IMG/VR virus record: IMGVR_UViG_3300033067_001252
Span: 1-53,078 of that record
From: a virus
Taxonomy: Duplodnaviria; Caudoviricetes
Length of the DNA stretch: 53,078 nucleotides
Strand: one strand, 5' to 3'
Shown here: positions 35,732 to 43,846 of the stretch, in pieces
How positions within the stretch are numbered: position 1 is the first letter of the stretch
Layout of the letters: every line of letters starts with the position of its first letter
Program-made: the position numbers and the translations under genes
The notes under the pieces: generated by a model
What the model was told of the DNA's origin: nothing
Seen by the model: the letters and a program-made list of their open reading frames with translations, nothing else
Databases searched by the model: none

Positions 35732-36645
35732 TAATCTATTTCCTTATCCTTTCTTTTACGATCTTTTAAAAACGGGAGAATCGTCCCACCTTGCGTTTCA
35801 CTGGGGGAATCCTTATCCCCTCCCCCCGAATGAACCCGCACTTGGCAATCCTCATCTTCTGGTTTCACCACAAATGTGATGTCATCGAGTTGTTTCCCTC
35901 TCCGTGGTATCCACCGTGATTCTAGAAACCATCCGCTTTTGTCCGCTAGGGTTTTTCTGCGGTCGAAGGTCACTAGCGTATCGGGGGTATTAAACCACCG
36001 TTGACTACCGGAGAAGTTATACGGAGTAAGCGGATCGGAGGCGGTCCATTTATTCGTTGACGGTTTCTTAAAGTGATGCGAAAGCACAAATGCGAGATCC
36101 AAATGTGGGAACCTTTCCTTAAGCGTCTGAAGCCTTCGGAACAATTCCCCAATTTCGGAATTTGAATTCTCATCATATCCATGAAACATAGAAATCGGAT
36201 CTAAGAAAACTACATTAGGTTGCACCCTTTCTATCTCATCACCAAGGTAGATCATCCCTTCCATGGTGTTCAATTGCATCTCTGGGACGGCGCTTAAAAA
36301 ATGAAGCGTATCCGAGTATTGAGCCGGACGGTGGCGCGCAAGAGTGTGGGTAAGTCTCTTCTGGAGTTCGTATTCCCCAAGTTCTTGTTCCACGAGGAGG
36401 ACGTTACACTTCTTCGGGACGGTGAAGATGGAGGAATCAAAAGGGCGGGTCCCGGTTGAGAGCGCCCTTGCGAATTCGAGCATTATTATCGATTTTCCAA
36501 TCTTCGCCGCACCTCCGAATAACATCGTTCCACCTTTGGGTAGTATGGCGGGCTCGATGTAGAAGATGTCCTTTGGTAGCTCGCGGTCTAGTAATGAGGA
36601 GACTTTCTCGCTTTTCTTGCGTTTTTTATCTTCCTTTTGGAGCAT
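35731..36645 (-). CDS. RepA-like (AAA_25, SF4/RecA fold) helicase
   Basis: GGAAKIGKS Walker A; LLVEQE; VVFLDP Walker B; DENSN; SHHFKK; SGS. Confidence 0.88.
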   Translation of the reverse strand: MLQKEDKKRKKSEKVSSLLDRELPKDIFYIEPAILPKGGTMLFGGAAKIGKSIIMLEFARALSTGTRPFDSSIFTVPKKCNVLLVEQELGEYELQKRLTHTLARHRPAQYSDTLHFLSAVPEMQLNTMEGMIYLGDEIERVQPNVVFLDPISMFHGYDENSNSEIGELFRRLQTLKERFPHLDLAFVLSHHFKKPSTNKWTASDPLTPYNFSGSQRWFNTPDTLVTFDRRKTLADKSGWFLESRWIPRRGKQLDDITFVVKPEDEDCQVRVHSGGGDKDSPSETQGGTILPFLKDRKRKDKEID

Positions 36646-36699
36646 CAGACTCCGTTTGGTCGCATTTTGGATTCTCCTTTAAAGTTTTAAATTTTTAAA

Positions 36700-37113
36700 C
36701 TACTTCCCGAATAAACGCTGAAAGATGGGGGACTTTTCCACAACCTCTGGGGCCACTAAAGGAAGTTCACTCTCGGGGGTCACCTCAATTTCCTCATCGT
36801 AACTCTCACAAAGTTCCCATAACATAAGTGAAATCCCCACGATGTCACCACAGGTTTCCGAGATGGATTCCTTACCCGCCTTCTCTGGGGTTTTTAGGAT
36901 ATTTCCAAGCCGAGTTAACTTCTCCCCAACCCGTGAGATCATCGCTTGCTCTGGGGTAATGCCCGCGAGATCGGCTCCTAGTTGGTAGTTATAGAAGGGG
37001 TCGAATTCGGGGGTCCCTTCTGTGGGGTTGTAGCCGACGCCTTTCTCACGTAGGGTACGTAATACAAGGGAGGCTTTCTTTGCTAGGTTTTCGTCGTATC
37101 GTTCTTTAGTCAT
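36700..37113 (-). CDS. Nucleotide modification associated domain 1 (DUF1599)-like protein
   Basis: K...Y....DPFYNY......GIT.EQ....RVGEKLTRL.N......ESI.ET.GD pattern. Confidence 0.65.
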   Translation of the reverse strand: MTKERYDENLAKKASLVLRTLREKGVGYNPTEGTPEFDPFYNYQLGADLAGITPEQAMISRVGEKLTRLGNILKTPEKAGKESISETCGDIVGISLMLWELCESYDEEIEVTPESELPLVAPEVVEKSPIFQRLFGK

Positions 37114-37291
37114 TTATAATTTCTCCATTATGTACTGAAACATGGCTAATCTCATGATCGTTGTATTTCTCAAAACAAAATTGCTCAATCTTTTCTACAG
37201 CTTCCACCACCGAAACGGCTTTCACAATAAAACTTCTAGCTACACCTTCTGTGTAAACCAATGAGGTGTACATCCTAGGTGACTTCTTCAT
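37106..37291 (-). CDS. Hypothetical protein (61 aa)
   Basis: Coupled ORF; IVKAVSVVEAVEKI. Confidence 0.75.
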   Translation of the reverse strand: MKKSPRMYTSLVYTEGVARSFIVKAVSVVEAVEKIEQFCFEKYNDHEISHVSVHNGEIIND

Positions 37292-38091
37292 TAATACTCC
37301 TTCCCTTCCGCGATAAACCCGCCCTTATTCCCCCTTATTACCACAAAATCCTGGAAATTCCCATTAGGCCACACGTAGCCGTAGAGGAATCCTTGAATCC
37401 AAGTATTTGGTGACTTCCCCATCCACTCCATATCCCGAGTGCAACAACATGGTACACAGATGGCGGTTTTGATATCCTCATCTATGGCCGAGTATAACGT
37501 AGCTGACGCATAGGTGTGGAAATGGCCAAAGCGCACATTCTTAAGATACCTCGCTGCGGCAACTTTTGCGGAATCCGTTGCTTTTGCCCGAATCGTTTCC
37601 CCATGAAGAAAATTCAACTTCCCCATCTTGAAGACTTCCCCGTAGTTAAGCCATTCCCAATCGGGGGTAGTTAAACCAAGGTAATCCTGGGGTTCCACTA
37701 AGCCGCCCCATTCAGGGTGACGACGGAGGTAGCGCTCAAGCATTTGGTCGTGATTCCCCCGAATGACGACTTTTTTCATCCATGGATATCTCATCGCTGG
37801 GGCAAAGAGGTTGTCTTTTGCGGCTAGGAAAGCCCGTTTGATTTCCCCGTCACTTCTATCAACCACGATTGTTTTCCCATTTTTCTCCACTCGAAGGGGC
37901 TTGAAATCAAACTGATCTCCACCATAGATAAGAGTATCCGGGCGGAAATCCTCCATAAAGTGGAACACCTGGGAGAGGAAGCGGTTATCATGGGTGGGCT
38001 TCTCCTTGAACTTTCCGGTTTTAACGTCGTAAGATTTTTCCCACCCCACGTGTGCGTCAGGGAGGAAGATAAACTTTTTAATATTGTTCAA
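37291..38091 (-). CDS. Calcineurin-like metallophosphoesterase
   Basis: DAH, GGDQFD, GNHD, HGE, GHFH motifs. Confidence 0.92.
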   Translation of the reverse strand: MNNIKKFIFLPDAHVGWEKSYDVKTGKFKEKPTHDNRFLSQVFHFMEDFRPDTLIYGGDQFDFKPLRVEKNGKTIVVDRSDGEIKRAFLAAKDNLFAPAMRYPWMKKVVIRGNHDQMLERYLRRHPEWGGLVEPQDYLGLTTPDWEWLNYGEVFKMGKLNFLHGETIRAKATDSAKVAAARYLKNVRFGHFHTYASATLYSAIDEDIKTAICVPCCCTRDMEWMGKSPNTWIQGFLYGYVWPNGNFQDFVVIRGNKGGFIAEGKEY

Positions 38092-38304
38092 TTATTTTGA
38101 ACCTTCATGTTTGGATTCTCCTTTATTCCATAAATTTTGTTCAACGGCACATTTATAGATCATCTCACAGGCGCTGCACTTTTTTCTAGGTGCCGCCTTC
38201 CCTCTATACTGCCGATGTTTCTCGCATCCCTTAGCAATTATCTCCATTCCTATAGCACGCAAGTTTATATTAATGAATTCAGACAAATCAATCGATGTTC
38301 TCAT
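38092..38304 (-). CDS. Small Zn-binding hypothetical protein
   Basis: CEKH...PR..CSAC. Confidence 0.7.
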   Translation of the reverse strand: MRTSIDLSEFININLRAIGMEIIAKGCEKHRQYRGKAAPRKKCSACEMIYKCAVEQNLWNKGESKHEGSK

Positions 38305-38675
38305 TAAAGCTCCTTCTGATTAACCATCAAAGCGGCCCCACATAGAGCTACAATCATTTCCTCTTTCAAAATTAACCCATCATGAACCATCGCTAAAAGC
38401 GGCTCCACAAGTTCCTTGGTAAACGAGGCGAGGACTCTAGGGGATCGACGGCGCACCTTAACCCCGTTACCGTCTACTTTAAGGGACTTTTCCGCCTCAC
38501 TTAGAAACCAGTCTAGGTGATTCCTTGAGAGGGCGAAAGCGTTATTAAGCGAAACCCTCACCTCCTCTTTTGTTACCCTCGTGGGGTTATCCCCTTCTAT
38601 GTTCTTTTTTTGTTTAACTTTTGGCATATACCAAAAGGGTAACACGGGGGGAACCGTTAACGCAAGTTTTGTCAC
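38304..38675 (-). CDS. Hypothetical protein (123 aa)
   Basis: Coupled ORF. Confidence 0.75.
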   Translation of the reverse strand: MTKLALTVPPVLPFWYMPKVKQKKNIEGDNPTRVTKEEVRVSLNNAFALSRNHLDWFLSEAEKSLKVDGNGVKVRRRSPRVLASFTKELVEPLLAMVHDGLILKEEMIVALCGAALMVNQKEL

Positions 38676-38906
38676 TTACTCATCTTCATCCGTCCCCAAG
38701 ACTTCCTCACAACTTTGAACCGCAATATCCTTTGTTAATTGAAATCCAAATCCATGACCTTTCTTAAAGTTTTTAATCGCCTCAGAGGAATCCCTCGCCC
38801 ACACCTCGTAGACCATACCGTTGTGTTCCATAACTTCTAGGCGGAATAACTTCTCACCCCGGATTTCCGTGGAGGGTTTTAAATTTTTAACCACCTTCCC
38901 CTCCAC
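38676..38906 (-). CDS. Hypothetical protein (76 aa)
   Basis: Coupled ORF; EVWARDSSEAIK. Confidence 0.7.
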   Translation of the reverse strand: MEGKVVKNLKPSTEIRGEKLFRLEVMEHNGMVYEVWARDSSEAIKNFKKGHGFGFQLTKDIAVQSCEEVLGTDEDE

Positions 38907-39132
38907 TACGTTCCTTGGACCACCGATCTGAGAGGCGTTCCATTAGGTCCCATTCCTCATTATCGTCAAAATCCTTTCCCTCCGAATTCCACTTGAACTC
39001 CCCAGGCATTACATGCATTCCCACAGTGTTAAATCCGGTGTAATCTCTGGTGCCCCACCAAAGACCATCTTTAAGTTCCTTAATATATGCTTGAAAACCA
39101 TTCCGGCATTTCCAAGTTCCTTTAAAATCCAT
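38887..39132 (-). CDS. Hypothetical protein (start revised to MDFKGTW)
   Basis: GAAGGAGG upstream of the ATG at 39132; RNG...W...G...DL motif of small phage proteins. Confidence 0.75.
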   Translation of the reverse strand: MDFKGTWKCRNGFQAYIKELKDGLWWGTRDYTGFNTVGMHVMPGEFKWNSEGKDFDDNEEWDLMERLSDRWSKERSGGEGG

Positions 39133-39140
39133 CTTCTTCG

Positions 39141-41033
39141 TTAAAAACCTCCTTCGTAAGGTATTTTTTCTAATTCGCCCCAATTTACACCTTTTTTGGC
39201 CACCCACGGACAGTAAAACCCTTTCAATCTATGACTTTCCCCATGGAGAATATCGATGATATCTCTAATCTTCCTCTCTGGGTAATCCCTAGGAATACTT
39301 AAAAGAATTTCATCATGAACCTGGGCGTCCATTGTTACATCTTCGTTACAAACACTTCGAAGGAGTTCAAGTTGCTTCCCTTGTACATATTCCGCACCCT
39401 CACCTTGGCCGATTTTCGCAGCCGCAATCTTGGCATTCTCCGTGGGGGATTCAATAAGTGTAAGATAACTTCCCCATCGTGTTTGGATGAATCCCTTTTC
39501 TGCTTGCGCCATAACTTCACGTTGCCATTGGCGGATGGGGAATTTATCGCAGTAGACTTTCGTAACGAGGAGCGCTTTTTTTCGTAACTCAAGGGCCTCT
39601 TCCTTTGGGGTATTCTTTCGGAGTTTAAAGAGAATCTCTGCGAGGCGGATTCCGGTGAAGCCCACTACCTTTCCACAATAGTGCCAATCTTCATATATTT
39701 CTAAGGCCCCCATTTTAACAAGTTTTTGAACATACGGAGTGCGGATTTCGTATTCATCAAATAATTTAAGTCCCGCTAGATAGTTTGTGGAGTGGGACGT
39801 AATCTTCGCCATATCCCTCGCGGACTTACCTGCGATTTTTCCAGCCATCTCGAATCCGCTTGGGTCTTGATTAACGAGCCATGTGAAGGCGTCTCTTTCA
39901 ATCGTTCGTGAGTCAATCCCAGCGTTATCCAGAACTATGCGCGTCTCAAGATTGCTAGCATCGCTCGAACACCAGATTTTTCCAGGAGGGGGAATGAAGA
40001 TTTTCTTAACCTGTTTTCCCCACCCTCTAGCGGGACAATTTCCAGTGATCTGAACTCTTCCTTCCCTGCGAACCACAATAAAGGCCGATGGGACCGCAAC
40101 ACAGTAAACAGGCTCATCAATCACTTCTTCTATCTCTTTGGAGATATTTGTAGTCATCGAAAAATTGCGATAGGTTACATATAAATTCTTACAGTATCCT
40201 CCGTCTTTATTGAAATAATCCCTAGCAAGTGTTCTTGTATTCGAAAGAGCGTAAAGAGCCGAAATGATGTCTATATTTTGGGACTTACCGGAAGAATAGC
40301 ACGTCCGAAGTTTGAACAAGCCATCCCAATACATAATCTCATCTAAGACAAGATCAATCTGTTTTCTAGATAAATCAAACATCCATTGTTGGAATGTTTT
40401 TTCTTCCGTTAAATAGCGCCTAGATAGCGGCTCCCAGACATTAAAACGTGTCCTACCTCTTTTATCATTATTTGACTTTGAATATCTAAACCCACAGTTT
40501 TTAAGTATCTCTTCTAGGCGCAACACCTTTCTTTCCTTATAGAAGGAGAAAGAGGCTGATGTGGTTCCTTTGTTATATGACCCATCTGCTTGGGTTGCGA
40601 TTAGATACCTTAGCTCATCATCTGTTAAATCAACTCCATCTCCTCCGTCCCACATTCCGGCATGAAGTTGGATATAATCCTCTGGATAATCGATAGCATC
40701 CACAACTTTGTATACATTTGTCTTACGTTGTCGGACAAGACATCTATGGTTAGCCGTAACGCGCATATTGATATGTTCGTTATAGAGCCCCACCATCTTT
40801 CCGGTGTAGTTATAGGAAATGTAATCCAGAGGTTGAACGAAGGTTATCTTTCCATTGTCCCATTGTGCTACAACATCATCCTCCTTTAAGTCTATAAATC
40901 GTACCCACCCTCGTCCGGTAAGAACATCTGTTTTTGAATCAAAGCAGTTTTGAATATTCGGTCCTGACGAAGCGAGGCGCATTGTGGAGGCACCTGTGAA
41001 GATTACTCGTGGGTGGACTTTAGGTAATCCCAT
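39141..41033 (-). CDS. polA: DNA polymerase family A, palm/fingers half, containing an intein
   Basis: VHPR..TGASTMRLASSGPNIQN; motif A SDASNLETR; motif B RDMAKITSHSTNY; motif C QVHDEIL; GVNWG. Confidence 0.93.
   Translation of the reverse strand: MGLPKVHPRVIFTGASTMRLASSGPNIQNCFDSKTDVLTGRGWVRFIDLKEDDVVAQWDNGKITFVQPLDYISYNYTGKMVGLYNEHINMRVTANHRCLVRQRKTNVYKVVDAIDYPEDYIQLHAGMWDGGDGVDLTDDELRYLIATQADGSYNKGTTSASFSFYKERKVLRLEEILKNCGFRYSKSNNDKRGRTRFNVWEPLSRRYLTEEKTFQQWMFDLSRKQIDLVLDEIMYWDGLFKLRTCYSSGKSQNIDIISALYALSNTRTLARDYFNKDGGYCKNLYVTYRNFSMTTNISKEIEEVIDEPVYCVAVPSAFIVVRREGRVQITGNCPARGWGKQVKKIFIPPPGKIWCSSDASNLETRIVLDNAGIDSRTIERDAFTWLVNQDPSGFEMAGKIAGKSARDMAKITSHSTNYLAGLKLFDEYEIRTPYVQKLVKMGALEIYEDWHYCGKVVGFTGIRLAEILFKLRKNTPKEEALELRKKALLVTKVYCDKFPIRQWQREVMAQAEKGFIQTRWGSYLTLIESPTENAKIAAAKIGQGEGAEYVQGKQLELLRSVCNEDVTMDAQVHDEILLSIPRDYPERKIRDIIDILHGESHRLKGFYCPWVAKKGVNWGELEKIPYEGGF
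40038..40946 (-). mobile_element. Intein (303 aa) with a LAGLIDADG-type endonuclease region
   Basis: PNIQN|CFDSKTDVLT; block B VTANHR; LIATQADG and IMYWDG; VYCVAVPS...ITGN|CP. Confidence 0.93.
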
Positions 41034-41214
41034 TCTGTTCTCCCGGTATGTTAAACAACGGCCAACGTTTCATTTGAATAACACAACACGGTAATGGGCA
41101 CATGTAAAGAATTTCGCGTTCTCTATCCCAGTATGCCCCAACCCATAGATCATACCAAGCTAGGAATAATCTAATCGTCCATCTTCCTCGTCTAAAAAAT
41201 ATGGCCTTAGTCAT
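41020..41214 (-). CDS. Small Trp-rich phage protein lying between the two polA halves
   Basis: FLAWYDLWVGAYWD....LY..PLP motif; overlaps both neighbours by a few nt. Confidence 0.8.
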   Translation of the reverse strand: MTKAIFFRRGRWTIRLFLAWYDLWVGAYWDREREILYMCPLPCCVIQMKRWPLFNIPGEQNGIT

Positions 41215-42457
41215 ATCGAATATACTTCTCCGCTACCCACGCATCTGTTCCCTTCCCCATAGTTTTGTACAAATACAAATCATAAAGAGCCTGTGTTACT
41301 TCGTCCATTTCAACATCTTCCCCCATTTCACCAATTGTTGAAAATCCATGTTTTTCATAAATGAGTTCCTCAAGAACTTGTTCTATCGTTCCCTTGTCAT
41401 TCGCCTTTAGTGCTACGCCGTTTTTCTCGAAGAACTTCACTACCTGGATGTTACTCCGGGGGTTGAACCTTGGGTTACCCTTGGGGAAGAGTTCTTCTTT
41501 TTTCCGCTCCATTTCCTTTTCCAAACGATGTGCGAATTCTAGGTCCACATGAATACCGCGTTTTTCCGCTGCTAAGCAAAAATTTAACGCCAGTTCCTTG
41601 TGTTCCTCATAGACTCTCCATGGAATTCCTTTCTCCTCCATAAAGAGTTTACAGTTGTTAAATACCTCTAAGCCCACCCAGGCATCAACGGCGCAGTAGG
41701 ATCTCGGGCAATGACTTGGGCAGGGAAAGTTTTCTAGAATTTGGGCTTCACAATGTAAGCCCGCACAAGTCTTCCATTGATGAATATGGGTCCAAAGATG
41801 GCCCGCAAAACCCAAATTCATGAACCCAAGCCCACCTTCCCCATCATCGGCTTTTCCAGGCGCCTTACTTAATTGACTGGCACAGAGGTAATGGGTAATC
41901 ATCGAATCCTCCCAAAGCCAAAGAGGCGTCTCTACTCCCATTGCTTCCTCTAAGACTGGCTTATCTGCCCCAAGCACGTAATGTCCCACAAAACTTGGCC
42001 GCAAGGAGAGTCGCTCATTCGCCAAGCCAAAGGGATCAATGGCACGTAATAGTGCATGTCCAATATCCTTGTCCCACCAGCAGGCTGCGCACTCGGTTTT
42101 ATTAGCCACTCCGACAATGCTAAGTCTGCGTGTACTGGGATTGTATTCGAAATCAAGCCCAATTTCGAGGTTTTCATTAATAATCCTTAATACATCTTCC
42201 CGCTTTGTTGAGATTTTTGGTAACGCCCAGGAGGGAATTCTTTGTCGCTTATCTTCAAACCGTAGACCATATGTTACAGGCTTTCTTCCATCCTCTGGTA
42301 GGTAAATCCCATCCGCCCTAGACTTCCTCTTCGCGGGCTTCTTTTTATCACTTATGAGAAACCCTGCGGACTTGAAATTTTCAACTTTGAATTCCTTCGT
42401 GGAGGGGGTGAATTTTATCCCTTCGCCAAAGAGGGATAACTGGGAATCTTTTTTCAT
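41207..42457 (-). CDS. polA: DNA polymerase family A, 3'-5' exonuclease plus thumb half (start revised to MKKDSQ)
   Basis: ExoI GLDFEY; ExoII GH....D; EDSM; ExoIII YCAVDA; E.RGIHVD; FNPRS..QV; ATGA coupling at 42457. Confidence 0.88.
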   Translation of the reverse strand: MKKDSQLSLFGEGIKFTPSTKEFKVENFKSAGFLISDKKKPAKRKSRADGIYLPEDGRKPVTYGLRFEDKRQRIPSWALPKISTKREDVLRIINENLEIGLDFEYNPSTRRLSIVGVANKTECAACWWDKDIGHALLRAIDPFGLANERLSLRPSFVGHYVLGADKPVLEEAMGVETPLWLWEDSMITHYLCASQLSKAPGKADDGEGGLGFMNLGFAGHLWTHIHQWKTCAGLHCEAQILENFPCPSHCPRSYCAVDAWVGLEVFNNCKLFMEEKGIPWRVYEEHKELALNFCLAAEKRGIHVDLEFAHRLEKEMERKKEELFPKGNPRFNPRSNIQVVKFFEKNGVALKANDKGTIEQVLEELIYEKHGFSTIGEMGEDVEMDEVTQALYDLYLYKTMGKGTDAWVAEKYIRYD

Positions 42458-42735
42458 ATATACTGCCTTTGCGCATCTGTCAAAACAATATGTTCTATGA
42501 ACATATCCAGACACATCTTAGCGTCCTCGTATTCCTTCTTATATCCATCCTCACAACAAAGACAAGAATCTTCTCGTTCCACTTTGTTTAGGATCTTCCG
42601 CACCTTTCCTCTTAGGTTTTTAAAAATCGTCCAACAGGCTGGACATAAACTAATTCGATTTGACTTCTTGTGTTTCCACCCCCATGGGTAAAGAAGACCT
42701 TCGGAACTTTCTCCAGAGCCGCATTTTGCACACAT
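42454..42735 (-). CDS. Small Cys-rich (Zn-finger) protein
   Basis: CAKC...LCPAC...CLCC. Confidence 0.75.
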   Translation of the reverse strand: MCAKCGSGESSEGLLYPWGWKHKKSNRISLCPACWTIFKNLRGKVRKILNKVEREDSCLCCEDGYKKEYEDAKMCLDMFIEHIVLTDAQRQYI

Positions 42736-43329
42736 TTATTTGATCTCCTTTAAAAATTTATCCTTCTTTGTTTCAAACGGCCACTCCCCAACCCACCAGT
42801 GTCCTACCCAATCTTTAAACGTGGTGCCCCGCTCATTACCCGTATCCGCGAAGAGATGTGGATTAATCGCTTTCGCAACTTCGTGGCCCATTAAAATTGC
42901 CGGCCGTAAGTCCTTTTCTTTCAACAACTTAGCGATCTCGAAGGCTCTCCGTATGAAAACTTTGTAGGCGGGGATTTTGAACGCTTCGTTAATGTCGTAA
43001 GTAATGATGAACGCATTTGGGTTAAAACGTTCGATCCCAGAATCGTGGACCCTACAGATGTTGATAACCTTAAGAAGCGCCACGGGGATTTTTTTAACGT
43101 CATAAGAACACCGGATGAGAGAAGTGTAACCTACATTACACTTTGGAATCCCTCCCATAAGCTCCTGCCAATAATCTTTAAAACCCGCCTCCCCCAAGGA
43201 TACCTCTTCCTTTGTGGGCTGACGACGGATGAGGTAAACCCATGGGTCGGGGGGTTCTAGGTCAGGGACGAATCCGAATGAACATGGGGTGATACTACAG
43301 CTTTTACAGGCCAAAGGCTTTGAGTTCAT
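42736..43329 (-). CDS. Degenerate uracil-DNA glycosylase family 4-like protein
   Basis: CKSC; FVPD; QP..EE...GE; YTSLIRC; ICR; FNPN..I; ILMG..VA; lacks the canonical GEAPG. Confidence 0.6.
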   Translation of the reverse strand: MNSKPLACKSCSITPCSFGFVPDLEPPDPWVYLIRRQPTKEEVSLGEAGFKDYWQELMGGIPKCNVGYTSLIRCSYDVKKIPVALLKVINICRVHDSGIERFNPNAFIITYDINEAFKIPAYKVFIRRAFEIAKLLKEKDLRPAILMGHEVAKAINPHLFADTGNERGTTFKDWVGHWWVGEWPFETKKDKFLKEIK

Positions 43330-43334
43330 TATTG

Positions 43335-43577
43335 TTACCCAATCTGGGATGTAAATTGTTTAGTTTTAAACTTGTAGGTCCCACCTAAATTCGAAGGACC
43401 CTCTAGAACCGCCCCCACGAAGCGAAAGTTATATGAAGCAAATCCTAGGGGCGATACAACTTTAGGTGGAACAACTTTTGCTACAGCTTGGGGGAAAAGT
43501 TTGATTCCGAATAAAGCCGCTAGTGGTGCTAATAGGGTTAGGAAGAACTCCTTCCTAGTCTGACCAGTCATATTCAA
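43335..43577 (-). CDS. Tat-like/hydrophobic leader fused to a major-capsid C-terminal homolog
   Basis: TRKEFF plus hydrophobic stretch; last 33 aa align without gaps to capsid residues 301-333 (13 identities). Confidence 0.8.
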   Translation of the reverse strand: MNMTGQTRKEFFLTLLAPLAALFGIKLFPQAVAKVVPPKVVSPLGFASYNFRFVGAVLEGPSNLGGTYKFKTKQFTSQIG

Positions 43578-43761
43578 CCTCTTTTTCTTTAATTTCAGCT
43601 AAGAGCCTCTTTAATGTAACTCGCGCATTGTTTAGCCGTAGTAGTTCTATATACTCTCTTTGAGAGATTTCTGAGTAATACCCATAAAATTTCTCAACCT
43701 CAGGATCGTCATCAAATCTCCAATCTCCGGGTTCCGCTTCGTAGACAAAGATTTTCTTCAT
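43555..43761 (-). CDS. Hypothetical protein (68 aa)
   Basis: AAAGGAG RBS. Confidence 0.8.
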   Translation of the reverse strand: MKKIFVYEAEPGDWRFDDDPEVEKFYGYYSEISQREYIELLRLNNARVTLKRLLAEIKEKEVEYDWSD

Positions 43762-43803
43762 TTGGGCTAACTCCTTTGGGGATTAAAAATTTAAACTACT
43801 TAA

Positions 43804-43828
43804 GGGGAGCCCCACTCAAGGAGCCCCC
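43804..43828 (-). terminator. GC-rich hairpin after the SSB-like gene
   Basis: GGGGGCTCC-ttgagt-GGGGCTCCC; weak U tract. Confidence 0.4.
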
Positions 43829-43846
43829 ACATAAATTTACTAGCGT

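Noticed and set aside
41034-41206. Group I intron or T4 gene 60-style ribosomal bypass joining the polA halves
   Set aside because: The gap is short and fully occupied by a plausible gene, I see no intron core or matched GAC landing codon, and the downstream half has its own RBS; not formally excluded without RT-PCR
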